Shown here in pieces: positions 46,661 through 56,161 of a stretch of 64,000 nt of DNA. Positions within the stretch are counted from its first letter, which is position 1; each line of letters begins with the position of its first letter. Location of the stretch: contig JAJOJJ010000021.1 of the NCBI GenBank assembly GCA_021208685.1, positions 46,353-110,352 on the forward strand, read 5' to 3'. This stretch comes from Saccharospirillaceae bacterium (GTDB lineage Bacteria; Pseudomonadota; Gammaproteobacteria; Pseudomonadales; Oceanobacteraceae). The notes beneath the pieces are model-generated. The model saw only the letters and a program-made list of their open reading frames with translations. It did no database searches and was not told the DNA's origin. A program made the position numbers and the translations under genes.

Positions 46661-47665
46661 CTACTTTTTGAAAGCGTCCAATGAGGTTTTCAGGCTATCA
46701 ATCGCTGCCTTTGCGCTTGCGAACGCAGCGGCGTTTACCGGCACTGATGACGAGCTGCCAGGTGCTGTGCAGGTTACCGTCATTGTGGTTATGGCAGTCA
46801 GTACTGTTGATACCTGGGCCAGTGTATCGCTGATGATGGCCAGCAGGTTTGTGGCGTCATTACCGATGTAAATCTTTTCCGCTGTCAGCACATGATCACC
46901 TACCACGCTGTGAGTGCTGCTGTTTGCCTCTACGCTGTGTTCACCAGGTGTTTTCTGGCTGATGGCTTCAGTTGCCTGCTGTCGTATTTCTCCGCCCGCA
47001 TTGTGTGTGATGTGCTCCCCCGCCAGCGTATTAACTGACCCAGCCGCCAGTATGTTGGCCACGGTTTCTGCCAACAGGTGAATGGCGGTTGCCTCGGTTC
47101 GCTTTTCGCCGTCAATGTCTTCCCGGCTGTGACCGAATACGCGCCGCGATTCATGGCCCACTGTCGTGTTAAGCAGGCGGGCAATTTGTTCTATCCGGTC
47201 GGCGCTATCTGTAATTTTCTGATCCGTCTCGCGCGACCAATTACCTGACCGGTCTATAATCTGGCGCTGATGATTGGCCTGCTGCCATGTCATTGCGCCC
47301 TGATCAATTTCAGGCAGAGCCTGACGCTCCCCCAGAATGCCGCGAACACATGGACGTTCAGGGGATCCGCCCAACCACTCGATAGTTACCATGGTCCCCG
47401 GTACCGGCAGCGCAAAAAATCCCCGCTCATGGCCACCACCTGCCGGTAGCTCAACCGGTACTCCGTCCAGTTGGATACCGGTTGCTTCACCACGTGAATT
47501 AATCATCTCCACATCCACTGCGTAGCGCGGCCGGAAATTATCGTTTATTCCCCCTGCTATCGGTGAATCCGGTACAGCTTTAACCACGGCCATTTGTGCA
47601 ACGTGGTAACCAGCGGCCAGTTCTGGAAACTCGCGGATTATCTGGCGGCGAAAATCTTCGTTCAT
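46661..47665 (-). CDS. Baseplate spike / puncturing protein (C-terminal half of HP1/K139 Orf35-like)
   Basis: FPELAAGYH, FRPRYAVDVE, GHERGFFALPVPGTMVTIEW (OB-fold) and a beta-helix region; ATG 47665 overlaps the upstream stop (ATGA). Confidence 0.8.
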   Translation of the reverse strand: MNEDFRRQIIREFPELAAGYHVAQMAVVKAVPDSPIAGGINDNFRPRYAVDVEMINSRGEATGIQLDGVPVELPAGGGHERGFFALPVPGTMVTIEWLGGSPERPCVRGILGERQALPEIDQGAMTWQQANHQRQIIDRSGNWSRETDQKITDSADRIEQIARLLNTTVGHESRRVFGHSREDIDGEKRTEATAIHLLAETVANILAAGSVNTLAGEHITHNAGGEIRQQATEAISQKTPGEHSVEANSSTHSVVGDHVLTAEKIYIGNDATNLLAIISDTLAQVSTVLTAITTMTVTCTAPGSSSSVPVNAAAFASAKAAIDSLKTSLDAFKK

Positions 47666-48393
47666 GGCAATGCCTTCAGCGCTGTGTTTATTGTTGGACG
47701 CCACTGCAGCCGCATGGTGTCGCCAGTAATGTCGATGGTGTGAACGATTTGCGCAGGGCCATCACTTACTTTTATTGCCACCCCTGGGCGTAACCTTGGC
47801 ATCAGCGGCAGCAATCCGCCCAGGCTGGTCAGATCGCTGAACGCACTGGCTGGCAGTTCAATTATCTTTTTGCCATTACTACTCAGCGAACGCTCACCAA
47901 CATATACACGGCCATCCGGCTGTTGCTGCCATATTCCACCCGCTACCGCCCACACCTTCAGCAGGTTATCCAGAGCCCCATACCCGCCGCCAATATGCTG
48001 AAATCGTGGTACTTGTTCCTTGATCCATTCGCTATCGGGCATGATGAATACCAAGCCGGTTGCATCTGCCAAAGCATTCAAAACATCCACCGGCAATGGG
48101 TGCCGCAGATTAAGGGTTATTCGCCTGTTCAACAGTGCCGCTGGCTCTCGTGTGATTAACTGCCATGCACCGGTATTTAATTGCTGCGCGGATTCAATCC
48201 AGCCAAAAAATACAGGCCGCCAGTCGAACCCTGACAACCTTGCATCCAGCAATACTGGCTGACCTATTTCCGGCACATCATCCATTAATGCCGTAATGAT
48301 TGAACGCCCTGGTGTTTGGAGTTGAAGCCTTATCTGATGATCTACCAGTTCAGCGGCTTTGCTGTTCACTGTTAACGCTTTATCAATGCGCAT
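47662..48393 (-). CDS. Baseplate hub protein (N-terminal half of Orf35-like)
   Basis: LNLRHP, GGGYGALDNL, WQQQPDGRVYVG and MPRLRPG. Confidence 0.75.
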   Translation of the reverse strand: MRIDKALTVNSKAAELVDHQIRLQLQTPGRSIITALMDDVPEIGQPVLLDARLSGFDWRPVFFGWIESAQQLNTGAWQLITREPAALLNRRITLNLRHPLPVDVLNALADATGLVFIMPDSEWIKEQVPRFQHIGGGYGALDNLLKVWAVAGGIWQQQPDGRVYVGERSLSSNGKKIIELPASAFSDLTSLGGLLPLMPRLRPGVAIKVSDGPAQIVHTIDITGDTMRLQWRPTINTALKALP

Positions 48394-48954
48394 TTAATCG
48401 GCGTCCAGTGTTGCAAGGTAGTCATCGACTTTGCGGAATAATTTATAAACGAACCCCTCTTTATCCATTCCGCTTTCACTTATCGGAACACCTGCCACTT
48501 CAGTACCTGATGCAGAATCAGCGGTAACTGATGAACTTGTGTATCCGGCATTGCGCTGTGCCTCTACCCTCTCAGCAGTACTAAGATACTCAGATAAAAT
48601 GAAGGTAACAGACCATGCCTGTAAGTCCGGAATTTTTCGCGCATCCAAATCGCCGTTAAATTGCACCGTAGTAATATCGGCTGCGTCTGCAGTGTCATCA
48701 ACGATTGTGTAAATGGCTCGTGTACCATCACTGTTCAGAGCTTCGGCCAGTTTAATCAATGCCGTCAGATTATCCGCCGAAGAAAAGGGTATTCGCCCGG
48801 CTACGCTCAGAGTTTTTGCTTTTGTACCTGTATTCAGTGTCGCGGTATTTGATCCGTTACCACTGACATCCTGATTTTTAATCGGCAGCTTCAGCGATAC
48901 AGACAAATCCATTAAGCCAATATCTTTTGTTGTTCCTTCGCGCTCCAGAATCAT
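48394..48954 (-). CDS. Baseplate-associated protein (HP1 Orf34-like)
   Basis: DVSGNGSNTATLNTGTKAKTLSVAGRIPF, WSVTFILSEYLS and synteny. Confidence 0.7.
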   Translation of the reverse strand: MILEREGTTKDIGLMDLSVSLKLPIKNQDVSGNGSNTATLNTGTKAKTLSVAGRIPFSSADNLTALIKLAEALNSDGTRAIYTIVDDTADAADITTVQFNGDLDARKIPDLQAWSVTFILSEYLSTAERVEAQRNAGYTSSSVTADSASGTEVAGVPISESGMDKEGFVYKLFRKVDDYLATLDAD

Positions 48955-49757
48955 AAACCCAGCTCCTGCTTTAATGTTGCGAGTGCGTCAGCCTTACCCA
49001 TAAACGCAAACGCCGCCGAATACGGTGCGGCAGCATTGGGGGTATCAATTTCAGACAGAAGAGTTGGCAAATCACCCTGAAGATAAACAGCCCATTCAAC
49101 ATGCCCACTAATTGAATTAAGTCCTGATATCTGATCTGCACGACGTTGCGCTCTGGACTGGGCAAAACTTGATAGCAATGCTAATGGTGATGTATCACTG
49201 GCAACCGCTTCAGACACACTGATGACGTAATCCTGCTCCCGGTATTCTTCTCGCAATGCCCCATCCACTGTATTCAGAACTTCTGTATCTGCTTGAATAA
49301 GAAATTTTTCTGTGTCATGCATTGCAATTGCTTCAGCAATGCGTATGGCTTGAGTTAATTTCACACTTGGGATAACAGTATTCAACGCTGCCAGCTTTTG
49401 CGCTAACTGATCGGCATTATCTGCAGGAATAATAAAAGCGATCATCGCCGGATAACCGGCTGACGCATTGGCTAACAAATCTTGCGCTGCTTCAGCAGAA
49501 AAACTTCCAGATAGGCTTCTTCCATCGTCATTATTTCCAGAATGCCAGGGTAAAATAGCGACTGAATCCAACCCGATACTTTCAGCATCAATATAAATCC
49601 GGTTCTTAGCACTATTCTTAGCGATCTCTGATAGACCGCTAATAATTGATATATCCGACGGCAATACCAATGTATTCAAAATATCGCTTTGTTGATTGCA
49701 TATTCCGGGATCAACAACCCACGGCGACAGCGACCGATTTACTTTATTCCACATCAT
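48951..49757 (-). CDS. Conserved phage tail-module protein (HP1 Orf33-like)
   Basis: Position between the fibre and Orf34-like gene; overlapping starts and stops. Confidence 0.6.
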   Translation of the reverse strand: MMWNKVNRSLSPWVVDPGICNQQSDILNTLVLPSDISIISGLSEIAKNSAKNRIYIDAESIGLDSVAILPWHSGNNDDGRSLSGSFSAEAAQDLLANASAGYPAMIAFIIPADNADQLAQKLAALNTVIPSVKLTQAIRIAEAIAMHDTEKFLIQADTEVLNTVDGALREEYREQDYVISVSEAVASDTSPLALLSSFAQSRAQRRADQISGLNSISGHVEWAVYLQGDLPTLLSEIDTPNAAAPYSAAFAFMGKADALATLKQELGL

Positions 49758-50968
49758 AAAATAAAATTCAGATAAAATTCAAAATCCTGCTCACCCCCAG
49801 CTGTGTTTGCAGTGACAATATCAAAATAATTTGGCTCATTAGCCAACATATTAGCAACGATATCTTGATCATAACTGCTAATTTTAACTGTCGCTGACGC
49901 GAACTTAACACGCTGGTTGCTATTATGTGTAACCCTGAACTGACCGACTGGCCAGCCTGGAACATCGGAAACCGTCAAACCCTCAAAATCCGTTTCTAAA
50001 ACTGCATTGTCAGATCCTATTCTCGCCGTAAAAATACCCAACATTCTCCTTAGATCATGGCTTTGAATTGAGAGATTCGACAAATCAGAATTCATCTTCG
50101 AATTTGCAGCATTCAGTGCTTCAGCGGCACTATTTTCAGCATTACTTGCTGCTGTTGCTGCTGCGCCTGCACTGGTTGCAGATTCAGCAGCACTTGCCGC
50201 TGCATTATTGGCTTCTGTTACAGCGGTTTGCGCATTATTGGCAGAACTGGATGCAGCGTCACTTGCTGTTACCGCTGCGTTACTTGCTACTGTTGCTGCG
50301 TTACTGGCAGTATTTGCAGCATTTACCGCTTCATTGGCATTCTGAGAAGCCTCTGTTGCTAACTGCTTTGCTTCGGATGATTCTTGCGCAGCAGAGTTGG
50401 CCGTCTGAACGGCACTCGCTGAATTCTGCTCAGCAGTCGTGGCCGCTTCTAATGCCTGTTCTGAATTGTGTTCAGCAGCCTGTGATGCTTGCAGCGCCTG
50501 CATGACAGACGCATGGTAATCAACCTGCCAACTTTGAACGTCTACGGTAATGCCGGTAACAGCACCGGCATTAGCAATTTTAAGGGCGAAGGCCTTATTC
50601 AGAACATTACCCAGGCGCTGACCGTCTGTTTTCCACTTTTGTTGTGTTGGTTCATATGCAACAGCAATCAGTACATTATGTTCACTGTTGTATAAGCCCA
50701 GCCAGTTAAATGAAAAATCGCCAACATCACTGCGCAGCAGTGCATTGAACACCGCCACGCTGTCACCGTTCAAGCCCGATCTATCAACAGGTGCAGAGTG
50801 TAAAATATCCACCGGCACAGACTGTATAACATCCGGTGGCTGAGTTACGTCTAAATCATCGATATACGTGATCAATATCGTATCAGCAAAGCCTGAGGTC
50901 AGATTTACACTGCCAGAGGCCACATCACTTATAAATGCTTCGCCCGCCATTGTTACTGTTGCTGACAT
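49754..50968 (-). CDS. Tail fibre protein
   Basis: N-terminal tail-collar (DUF3751-like) segment DVGDFSFNWLGL...QQKWK...GNVLNKAF, Ala/Ser/Asn-rich coiled stalk, short C-terminal domain. Confidence 0.85.
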   Translation of the reverse strand: MSATVTMAGEAFISDVASGSVNLTSGFADTILITYIDDLDVTQPPDVIQSVPVDILHSAPVDRSGLNGDSVAVFNALLRSDVGDFSFNWLGLYNSEHNVLIAVAYEPTQQKWKTDGQRLGNVLNKAFALKIANAGAVTGITVDVQSWQVDYHASVMQALQASQAAEHNSEQALEAATTAEQNSASAVQTANSAAQESSEAKQLATEASQNANEAVNAANTASNAATVASNAAVTASDAASSSANNAQTAVTEANNAAASAAESATSAGAAATAASNAENSAAEALNAANSKMNSDLSNLSIQSHDLRRMLGIFTARIGSDNAVLETDFEGLTVSDVPGWPVGQFRVTHNSNQRVKFASATVKISSYDQDIVANMLANEPNYFDIVTANTAGGEQDFEFYLNFIL

Positions 50969-50980
50969 ACGCTTATCACC

Positions 50981-51841
50981 TTAAATTCCATACTCTGACT
51001 TAAAATCAGATACAAACTTATTAAACTCAATATCAGTAATTATTTCCCTCGCCTTAATATAAAGCACAGGATATAGATCATTACCGGCATAGCACTCTGA
51101 TTTTGCATTATTATTAATACCTGATGACAGTCGATTCTCTGTCGCACTGACAGTCATTGTTTTGAAACCTTTGATACTATTAATTGCATTGCTTTCCGCT
51201 TCATACCCATATGCTTTTACAGATAATGTTAGCTGATCACCAACATAGCTAGTAACAGAATGCAGAAACAAAAATCCGTCTTGAACATCATTAATTCCAA
51301 GACTTGCATCAATAGGGCCTTTGTTATGAATATAGTTTCCAACAATAATACGCCAATCTGAATAACTATCACCAGCATATACAACTCTAAAACCTTGATA
51401 GTTAGCCCCAGCAGAACAATAATTATTATACGACGAATTATTACTAATTCTGGAATCACTGCCAATATAAAAAACTGCTATTTCGCTACGCTCTATAGAT
51501 GTCTGATCATGCTGTATTGCCTGAAAAGCTAAGTTTCCTAAATTGACATATCTTGCCGTATATACAGGTACTCCATTTCTTTCAACAACAAGTGGCAGTA
51601 CGGCGAGACTGTTTGATACTACCGCTGTTAAATTCGATTTTTCTAAAACTGAAACAGGAATTTTACCTGGCCACCAAATCTGAGTTATACGAGGGTCTTT
51701 CATAAGCGAACTAAATAAATCAAATTTTGATTTTAGAAAGAACCACTCACCACCTACCGTCCGGCAAGCCATTCCAACTTCCGCGCCGTCCGGCAACTCA
51801 TCCAGATACTGAGCCTGACTTAAATCAATCTGCTGAACCAT
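50981..51841 (-). CDS. Low-GC tail-module protein, possible LamG/concanavalin-like lectin domain
   Basis: Translationally coupled between gpI-like and fibre genes; beta-rich; the C-terminus VLYIKAREIITDIEFNKFVSDFKSEYGI resembles LamG-type termini. Confidence 0.55.
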   Translation of the reverse strand: MVQQIDLSQAQYLDELPDGAEVGMACRTVGGEWFFLKSKFDLFSSLMKDPRITQIWWPGKIPVSVLEKSNLTAVVSNSLAVLPLVVERNGVPVYTARYVNLGNLAFQAIQHDQTSIERSEIAVFYIGSDSRISNNSSYNNYCSAGANYQGFRVVYAGDSYSDWRIIVGNYIHNKGPIDASLGINDVQDGFLFLHSVTSYVGDQLTLSVKAYGYEAESNAINSIKGFKTMTVSATENRLSSGINNNAKSECYAGNDLYPVLYIKAREIITDIEFNKFVSDFKSEYGI

Positions 51842-51843
51842 TA

Positions 51844-52491
51844 TTAAGCTCCTGTATAAAGGCTGCCGGTGCTGTCTGTCATATAGAAACCACCGTCTGT
51901 AAATTTTGTATCGCCGTCTTTCAAATACATCAGTATCTGCACAACGCCATCAAAGGTACTTTCTGCACTGCTTGTTGTTATTGCAAAGTCGAATACACAT
52001 GATGCTACGGACGTTTGAATATCGGCCTTTGTGCCCAGGTAATAGCGCCGACACGTGCGGCCATACTTTTCAATAAGCAGGTTCATAAGTTCGGCATTGT
52101 CAGCTATTTGCTGCGCTTCAACTGTAAGCAGCACAATATCCCAATCCCAACTATCTACCCGTTCCGATACTTCAACGCCCCCCAATCCCAGACGCTGCCA
52201 GATAGCCTTAAACCCGGCTACCGTTCCGGCATCTTTAGCATTAGCGTGTGCATATTTAACCCGTTGCCGGTAAAGCTCTTCTGGCTCCCCTGTAAAGCGT
52301 TGTACATCGCGCTCATAGGCCAGCAGATCGACCATGAACAATGGCGCATTTTCAACCGCTAAAATATTGAGCGGCCATGAAAGCCATGCTTCACACTTTG
52401 CCCACCAGGCACTGATAAAAGCGGAAAATCCCCTGGCATCCGCCTTATTACCAGAACCTTTCAGCCAGAACGGCAGATTCACCTTGTTCAT
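51844..52491 (-). CDS. Phage tail/baseplate protein (P2 gpI-like)
   Basis: LPFWL, LLAYERDV, KDAGTVAGFKAIWQRLG and YGRTCRRY. Confidence 0.85.
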   Translation of the reverse strand: MNKVNLPFWLKGSGNKADARGFSAFISAWWAKCEAWLSWPLNILAVENAPLFMVDLLAYERDVQRFTGEPEELYRQRVKYAHANAKDAGTVAGFKAIWQRLGLGGVEVSERVDSWDWDIVLLTVEAQQIADNAELMNLLIEKYGRTCRRYYLGTKADIQTSVASCVFDFAITTSSAESTFDGVVQILMYLKDGDTKFTDGGFYMTDSTGSLYTGA

Positions 52492-53705
52492 CAGTAAGCA
52501 TCCTCCGTTATGGTCAGCGTCAGTGACTGAAGACGGGGAATGGTATCAGCGCTGACGATATCGCCTGCTGAGAATTCAACCGACGAAAGAACAGGCACCA
52601 ATGCCATGATTTCTGACGCCAGATTTGCCATAGAGAAGCGGCTGTAGTGCCATGTTTTGGCAACGTCATATGCTGAGTTCTGACGGAATGCACAGCGTAT
52701 AACCTGCTCGGCTATTGCCTGAGCTGCGGCCATTTCCGCGCTACTGGTTCCGACCTTTGCATGCAGCAATGCGCTGATATCATGTTGTGTTTCCGGAAAC
52801 GCCTGAACCTGCAAATCATCCCCAAGACCGTGAAACCCCTGACCGCCGATGTAGTCGTTAACCGTATCCAGATATGGGCCGGTTGCTACGCCATCATCGA
52901 ACAGCACATAAGCGTCCGCGCTGCCCGGCCCCCGTGGTGCGTCGCTATATCCAATATGGATTCGGCTGAATTCGATTCCGATTTGCTCTGCAATAATTGA
53001 TTTATAAACTGCTGTTACATGCCAATCTGAAGACGCCGGAAACCGGGCGCGGATACGCTGGCGGTAATCATCATCCTCTTCATCATCTGCGCCTGGCGTT
53101 ATGATCCAGCCATCGGCATTGGTAACCCCGGTAATGCCTGTAATGGGTGTTTCAAGTGACGTAAAATACCCGGCAGCCAGATTGTATTCTGCCCCCTCAT
53201 TTTCGGCTTTAACCGGTATGACAATACTGGTGTCATCCGTGCCGAAGGTTCTTTCCTCTGTCGTAACTACCCGATAAACCTTGCCACCTATTGCCGGTGT
53301 TTTGATAACAGTGCCGACTGAGATCGTCTGACTGGTACCAGTTGTTATACGATAAAATGTAATGACACCGACCAGCTTGGTTTTACCTTTACGTTCAACG
53401 TCGCGGCTCCAGCCAATCAAATCCAGATACTGTTTTGATGCTGTTTTTAGAAACAGATTCGGCATCACGCTCGTGATAACAAACGCAATCAGCTGCTGGA
53501 ATGGATACACAGCAACTGAACGCAGAAAGCGCCAGAACGGTGAAAAGGCGCTGTTGTTATTAAACGTCAAGCTCTCCGCATCAGCGCTTTTCTGAAACTC
53601 GGCTTCAATCTCGTTCTGCGTCAGAGGAATACCGGCTTCTTTTGCCCGGTCATAAAAAAATTGCTGAGCATCATCCAGCGCTGAACGATTAATATCACCC
53701 ATCAA
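52491..53705 (-). CDS. Baseplate J-like protein
   Basis: NNSAFSPFWR, AENEGAEYNL, PGADDEEDDDYRQR and PRGPGSADAY. Confidence 0.9.
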   Translation of the reverse strand: MMGDINRSALDDAQQFFYDRAKEAGIPLTQNEIEAEFQKSADAESLTFNNNSAFSPFWRFLRSVAVYPFQQLIAFVITSVMPNLFLKTASKQYLDLIGWSRDVERKGKTKLVGVITFYRITTGTSQTISVGTVIKTPAIGGKVYRVVTTEERTFGTDDTSIVIPVKAENEGAEYNLAAGYFTSLETPITGITGVTNADGWIITPGADDEEDDDYRQRIRARFPASSDWHVTAVYKSIIAEQIGIEFSRIHIGYSDAPRGPGSADAYVLFDDGVATGPYLDTVNDYIGGQGFHGLGDDLQVQAFPETQHDISALLHAKVGTSSAEMAAAQAIAEQVIRCAFRQNSAYDVAKTWHYSRFSMANLASEIMALVPVLSSVEFSAGDIVSADTIPRLQSLTLTITEDAY

Positions 53706-54031
53706 TAAATCCCCACAGTAATAGGCCCGAACTCTGTTTCGGCAGATATTGTCAGGCTGATGGTTTTTGTATTCGTCATGGCTTCTTTTACGATACTGCT
53801 ACCGGGAACAATCCGGTTATCACGTTCGATTACCATGCGCATTTTCTTACGAATGAGCGCCCTTTTCTGGGCATTCCTTTCGCCGATAAAATCCGTTAAG
53901 AACCCGCTTTCACGGATTGAGTGATTAACATCCTGGGCAATCACGTCACGGTCAGTCACCAGCAGTGGCTGACCGGCTGCATCTGTGCTGATATCGTCAT
54001 TGTCTACTTTCAGGTCGATGTACTTAGCCAT
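53702..54031 (-). CDS. Baseplate wedge protein (DUF2590-like)
   Basis: MAKYIDLKV...IAQDVNHSIRESG...RIVPG; ATG overlaps the tape-measure TAA. Confidence 0.8.
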   Translation of the reverse strand: MAKYIDLKVDNDDISTDAAGQPLLVTDRDVIAQDVNHSIRESGFLTDFIGERNAQKRALIRKKMRMVIERDNRIVPGSSIVKEAMTNTKTISLTISAETEFGPITVGIY

Positions 54032-55953
54032 TATCCACCCTGCATCATTGACCAATGCTCAAGGTCAGCTGGAGACATTCCATTTTCAGCGTTAATGACA
54101 ACGCCGCCCCAATGGTTTCCGCCACTGCCTTTCATCATGCCAATCACCGATTCCCGCGCACTGGGTACATAAGAAACCGTACTGTTAGCGTCCACTTCAG
54201 GAATATCTGATGACGAAGAGAATGGATTTAAATCTGACCAACTGAAATCAGCTGACCAATTGGCGAAGTCAAAGCTGAACAAGTTTTTGAGCTTATCAAT
54301 CAGTCCATTGATTTTATCGCCGACAATATCGAATATCCGCGTATCCAGTCCTGACCAGTCAAACTCAAAATCTGCAAGGTTGTCAAAGCTGCTGAACAGA
54401 TTACCGACAGCCGAAAATAAGCTATCAAAAAAGGCTAATAGTGGTTCGCCCCAGTCGGTGTTTGTTGTCAGCCAATTAGCGATCTTATCCCACCACCCCA
54501 GCCACTTACCCAGGTAATAAATACCGGCTACTACGGCTGCGACGATTAATCCGATTAACAGCACTGTGGCCCATAAAGGCGCAGACCCCATCACAAACGT
54601 GAATATCAGCTGTAACAGCTTGATCCGCATAAACGATAACGCCGATATTAATTTCCCACCCGCAAACGTCAGGGCCATCCATATCGCCGGGCCTGCCATT
54701 TTAACCGCCAACAACCCAGCCCATGCAGCCCGTGCTACACCAACGATGATCGACATAGCCCCAACAACACCGCCCAAAAGCAATACTCCCAGCGTTGCCA
54801 GCCCTATCCACTTTGTCAGGTGCGGGAATTCCTGAGTCCATCCCATTACCACCGTTAAACCGTCGGTCAGGCTTTTAAGTACGTCATTCACTGCTGGCAA
54901 AAGCGCACTGCCAAACGCGATACGCAGGCCTTCAGTGACTGCCTGAAATTGTTCCCACGGGTCTACCATGGCTTTTGCCATATCCCTGGCATTATCCATA
55001 CCCGTATTGCGGCCCAGTTTCGTAATACTGGCGTTTAGTCCATCGGTCTGATTCATCAGCAATTTAACCAGGCTGACGGCCTCGTCACTGCCGAAGGCTT
55101 TTTTCAGTGTGTCAGATTCTGCAACGCTTAATGACTCCCCGAACTTACCCTTCAGTTTGTCCAGAATATTCAGCATTGGCAGCATTCGCCCGCTGCTGTC
55201 CGTAAATTGCAGGCCCAGCGCTTTCTGCGCATTGCCGACACCGGCCAGAAACGCCTTGTACTTTGTACCGGCTTCACTGCCGCTCATGGTCGCCTGCAGC
55301 GTACCCAGCACCGCCATCTGCTCTGCCAGACTAATACCTGCTGCCTGGGCGTTGGCACCTACGGCGGTGAACGCACCTGACATTTCCTGCCCGGTGGTTT
55401 TAAACATCTGCACCGCCAGCGCGGTCTGGCCTGTGAGCATTTGCACCCACTGCGCCTTGCCCATTTTGTTGGCGGAGTCGGCAAAGATGCCGTACATGGT
55501 GCCCATGTAGTTTGTGATGGTGGCCGCGTCGGCCTTGGTGGCTTTTGCCAGTATATTGCTGGCTTCTGTAAATGTGGCCAGCTCACCATTCACCAGACCG
55601 CCAATAGCGGACTGGATGTCATAGGATGAACGCACAAAATCGGTGGCGCTCTCACCATAGGCAATGGAAAAGCTCAGCGCTGTACGCTTCAGCGTTTGCA
55701 GCTCTTTTTCTGCAACGCTCAACGAACGCACTTCGCCCAGCGCTGCTTCCATGTTGTACACCGGTTTCATCAGTGTTTCTATCGCAAGATAAGACGCACC
55801 CAAACCGAAAGCACCGCCACGGATAGAATCAAACCCGGCATTGGCGTTTTTCTTAACGCCGGTCAGCGTATTATTAATTCTGCTCAGCGGTTTGCTGACG
55901 TTATCCGTCATGCCCACCGTGAACATTAATTTTTGCAACGCTGAAACATTCAT
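54031..55953 (-). CDS. Tail tape measure protein
   Basis: 640 aa; DFVRSSYDIQSAI, AGTKYKAFL and AFGSDEAV; hydrophobic C-terminal half. Confidence 0.93.
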   Translation of the reverse strand: MNVSALQKLMFTVGMTDNVSKPLSRINNTLTGVKKNANAGFDSIRGGAFGLGASYLAIETLMKPVYNMEAALGEVRSLSVAEKELQTLKRTALSFSIAYGESATDFVRSSYDIQSAIGGLVNGELATFTEASNILAKATKADAATITNYMGTMYGIFADSANKMGKAQWVQMLTGQTALAVQMFKTTGQEMSGAFTAVGANAQAAGISLAEQMAVLGTLQATMSGSEAGTKYKAFLAGVGNAQKALGLQFTDSSGRMLPMLNILDKLKGKFGESLSVAESDTLKKAFGSDEAVSLVKLLMNQTDGLNASITKLGRNTGMDNARDMAKAMVDPWEQFQAVTEGLRIAFGSALLPAVNDVLKSLTDGLTVVMGWTQEFPHLTKWIGLATLGVLLLGGVVGAMSIIVGVARAAWAGLLAVKMAGPAIWMALTFAGGKLISALSFMRIKLLQLIFTFVMGSAPLWATVLLIGLIVAAVVAGIYYLGKWLGWWDKIANWLTTNTDWGEPLLAFFDSLFSAVGNLFSSFDNLADFEFDWSGLDTRIFDIVGDKINGLIDKLKNLFSFDFANWSADFSWSDLNPFSSSSDIPEVDANSTVSYVPSARESVIGMMKGSGGNHWGGVVINAENGMSPADLEHWSMMQGG

Positions 55954-55966
55954 TGATTAATCCGGC

Positions 55967-56161
55967 CTATTTTTTCGCAAATGCTTTACCGATACCCGCC
56001 GCCACCATATCGCTGATCTGCTCCATGGTATTGCTGTACAACCAAACGGCACTGATTACTTCTTCATCCGTTGGGCTTTCCGTCTTCCAAATCAGCCGGG
56101 CCAGTATCAGCGCCTGCGCAAGTCTGTCATCACGCAGACGCTTAACGCCCCGGCTTATACC
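55967..56161 (-). CDS. Unannotated -1 frameshift extension of the tail assembly chaperone (64 aa, DUF6890-like)
   Basis: -1 frame reads GISRGVKRLRDDRLAQALILARLIW...AVWLYSNTMEQISDMVAAGIGKAFAKK*, has no own start for 40 codons and fills the gap to the tape measure gene. Confidence 0.75.
   Translation of the reverse strand, partial: GISRGVKRLRDDRLAQALILARLIWKTESPTDEEVISAVWLYSNTMEQISDMVAAGIGKAFAKK

Noticed and set aside
49754-51841. Diversity-generating retroelement or invertible fibre cassette
   Set aside because: No template/variable repeat pair, reverse transcriptase, invertase or flanking inverted repeats seen in the window.
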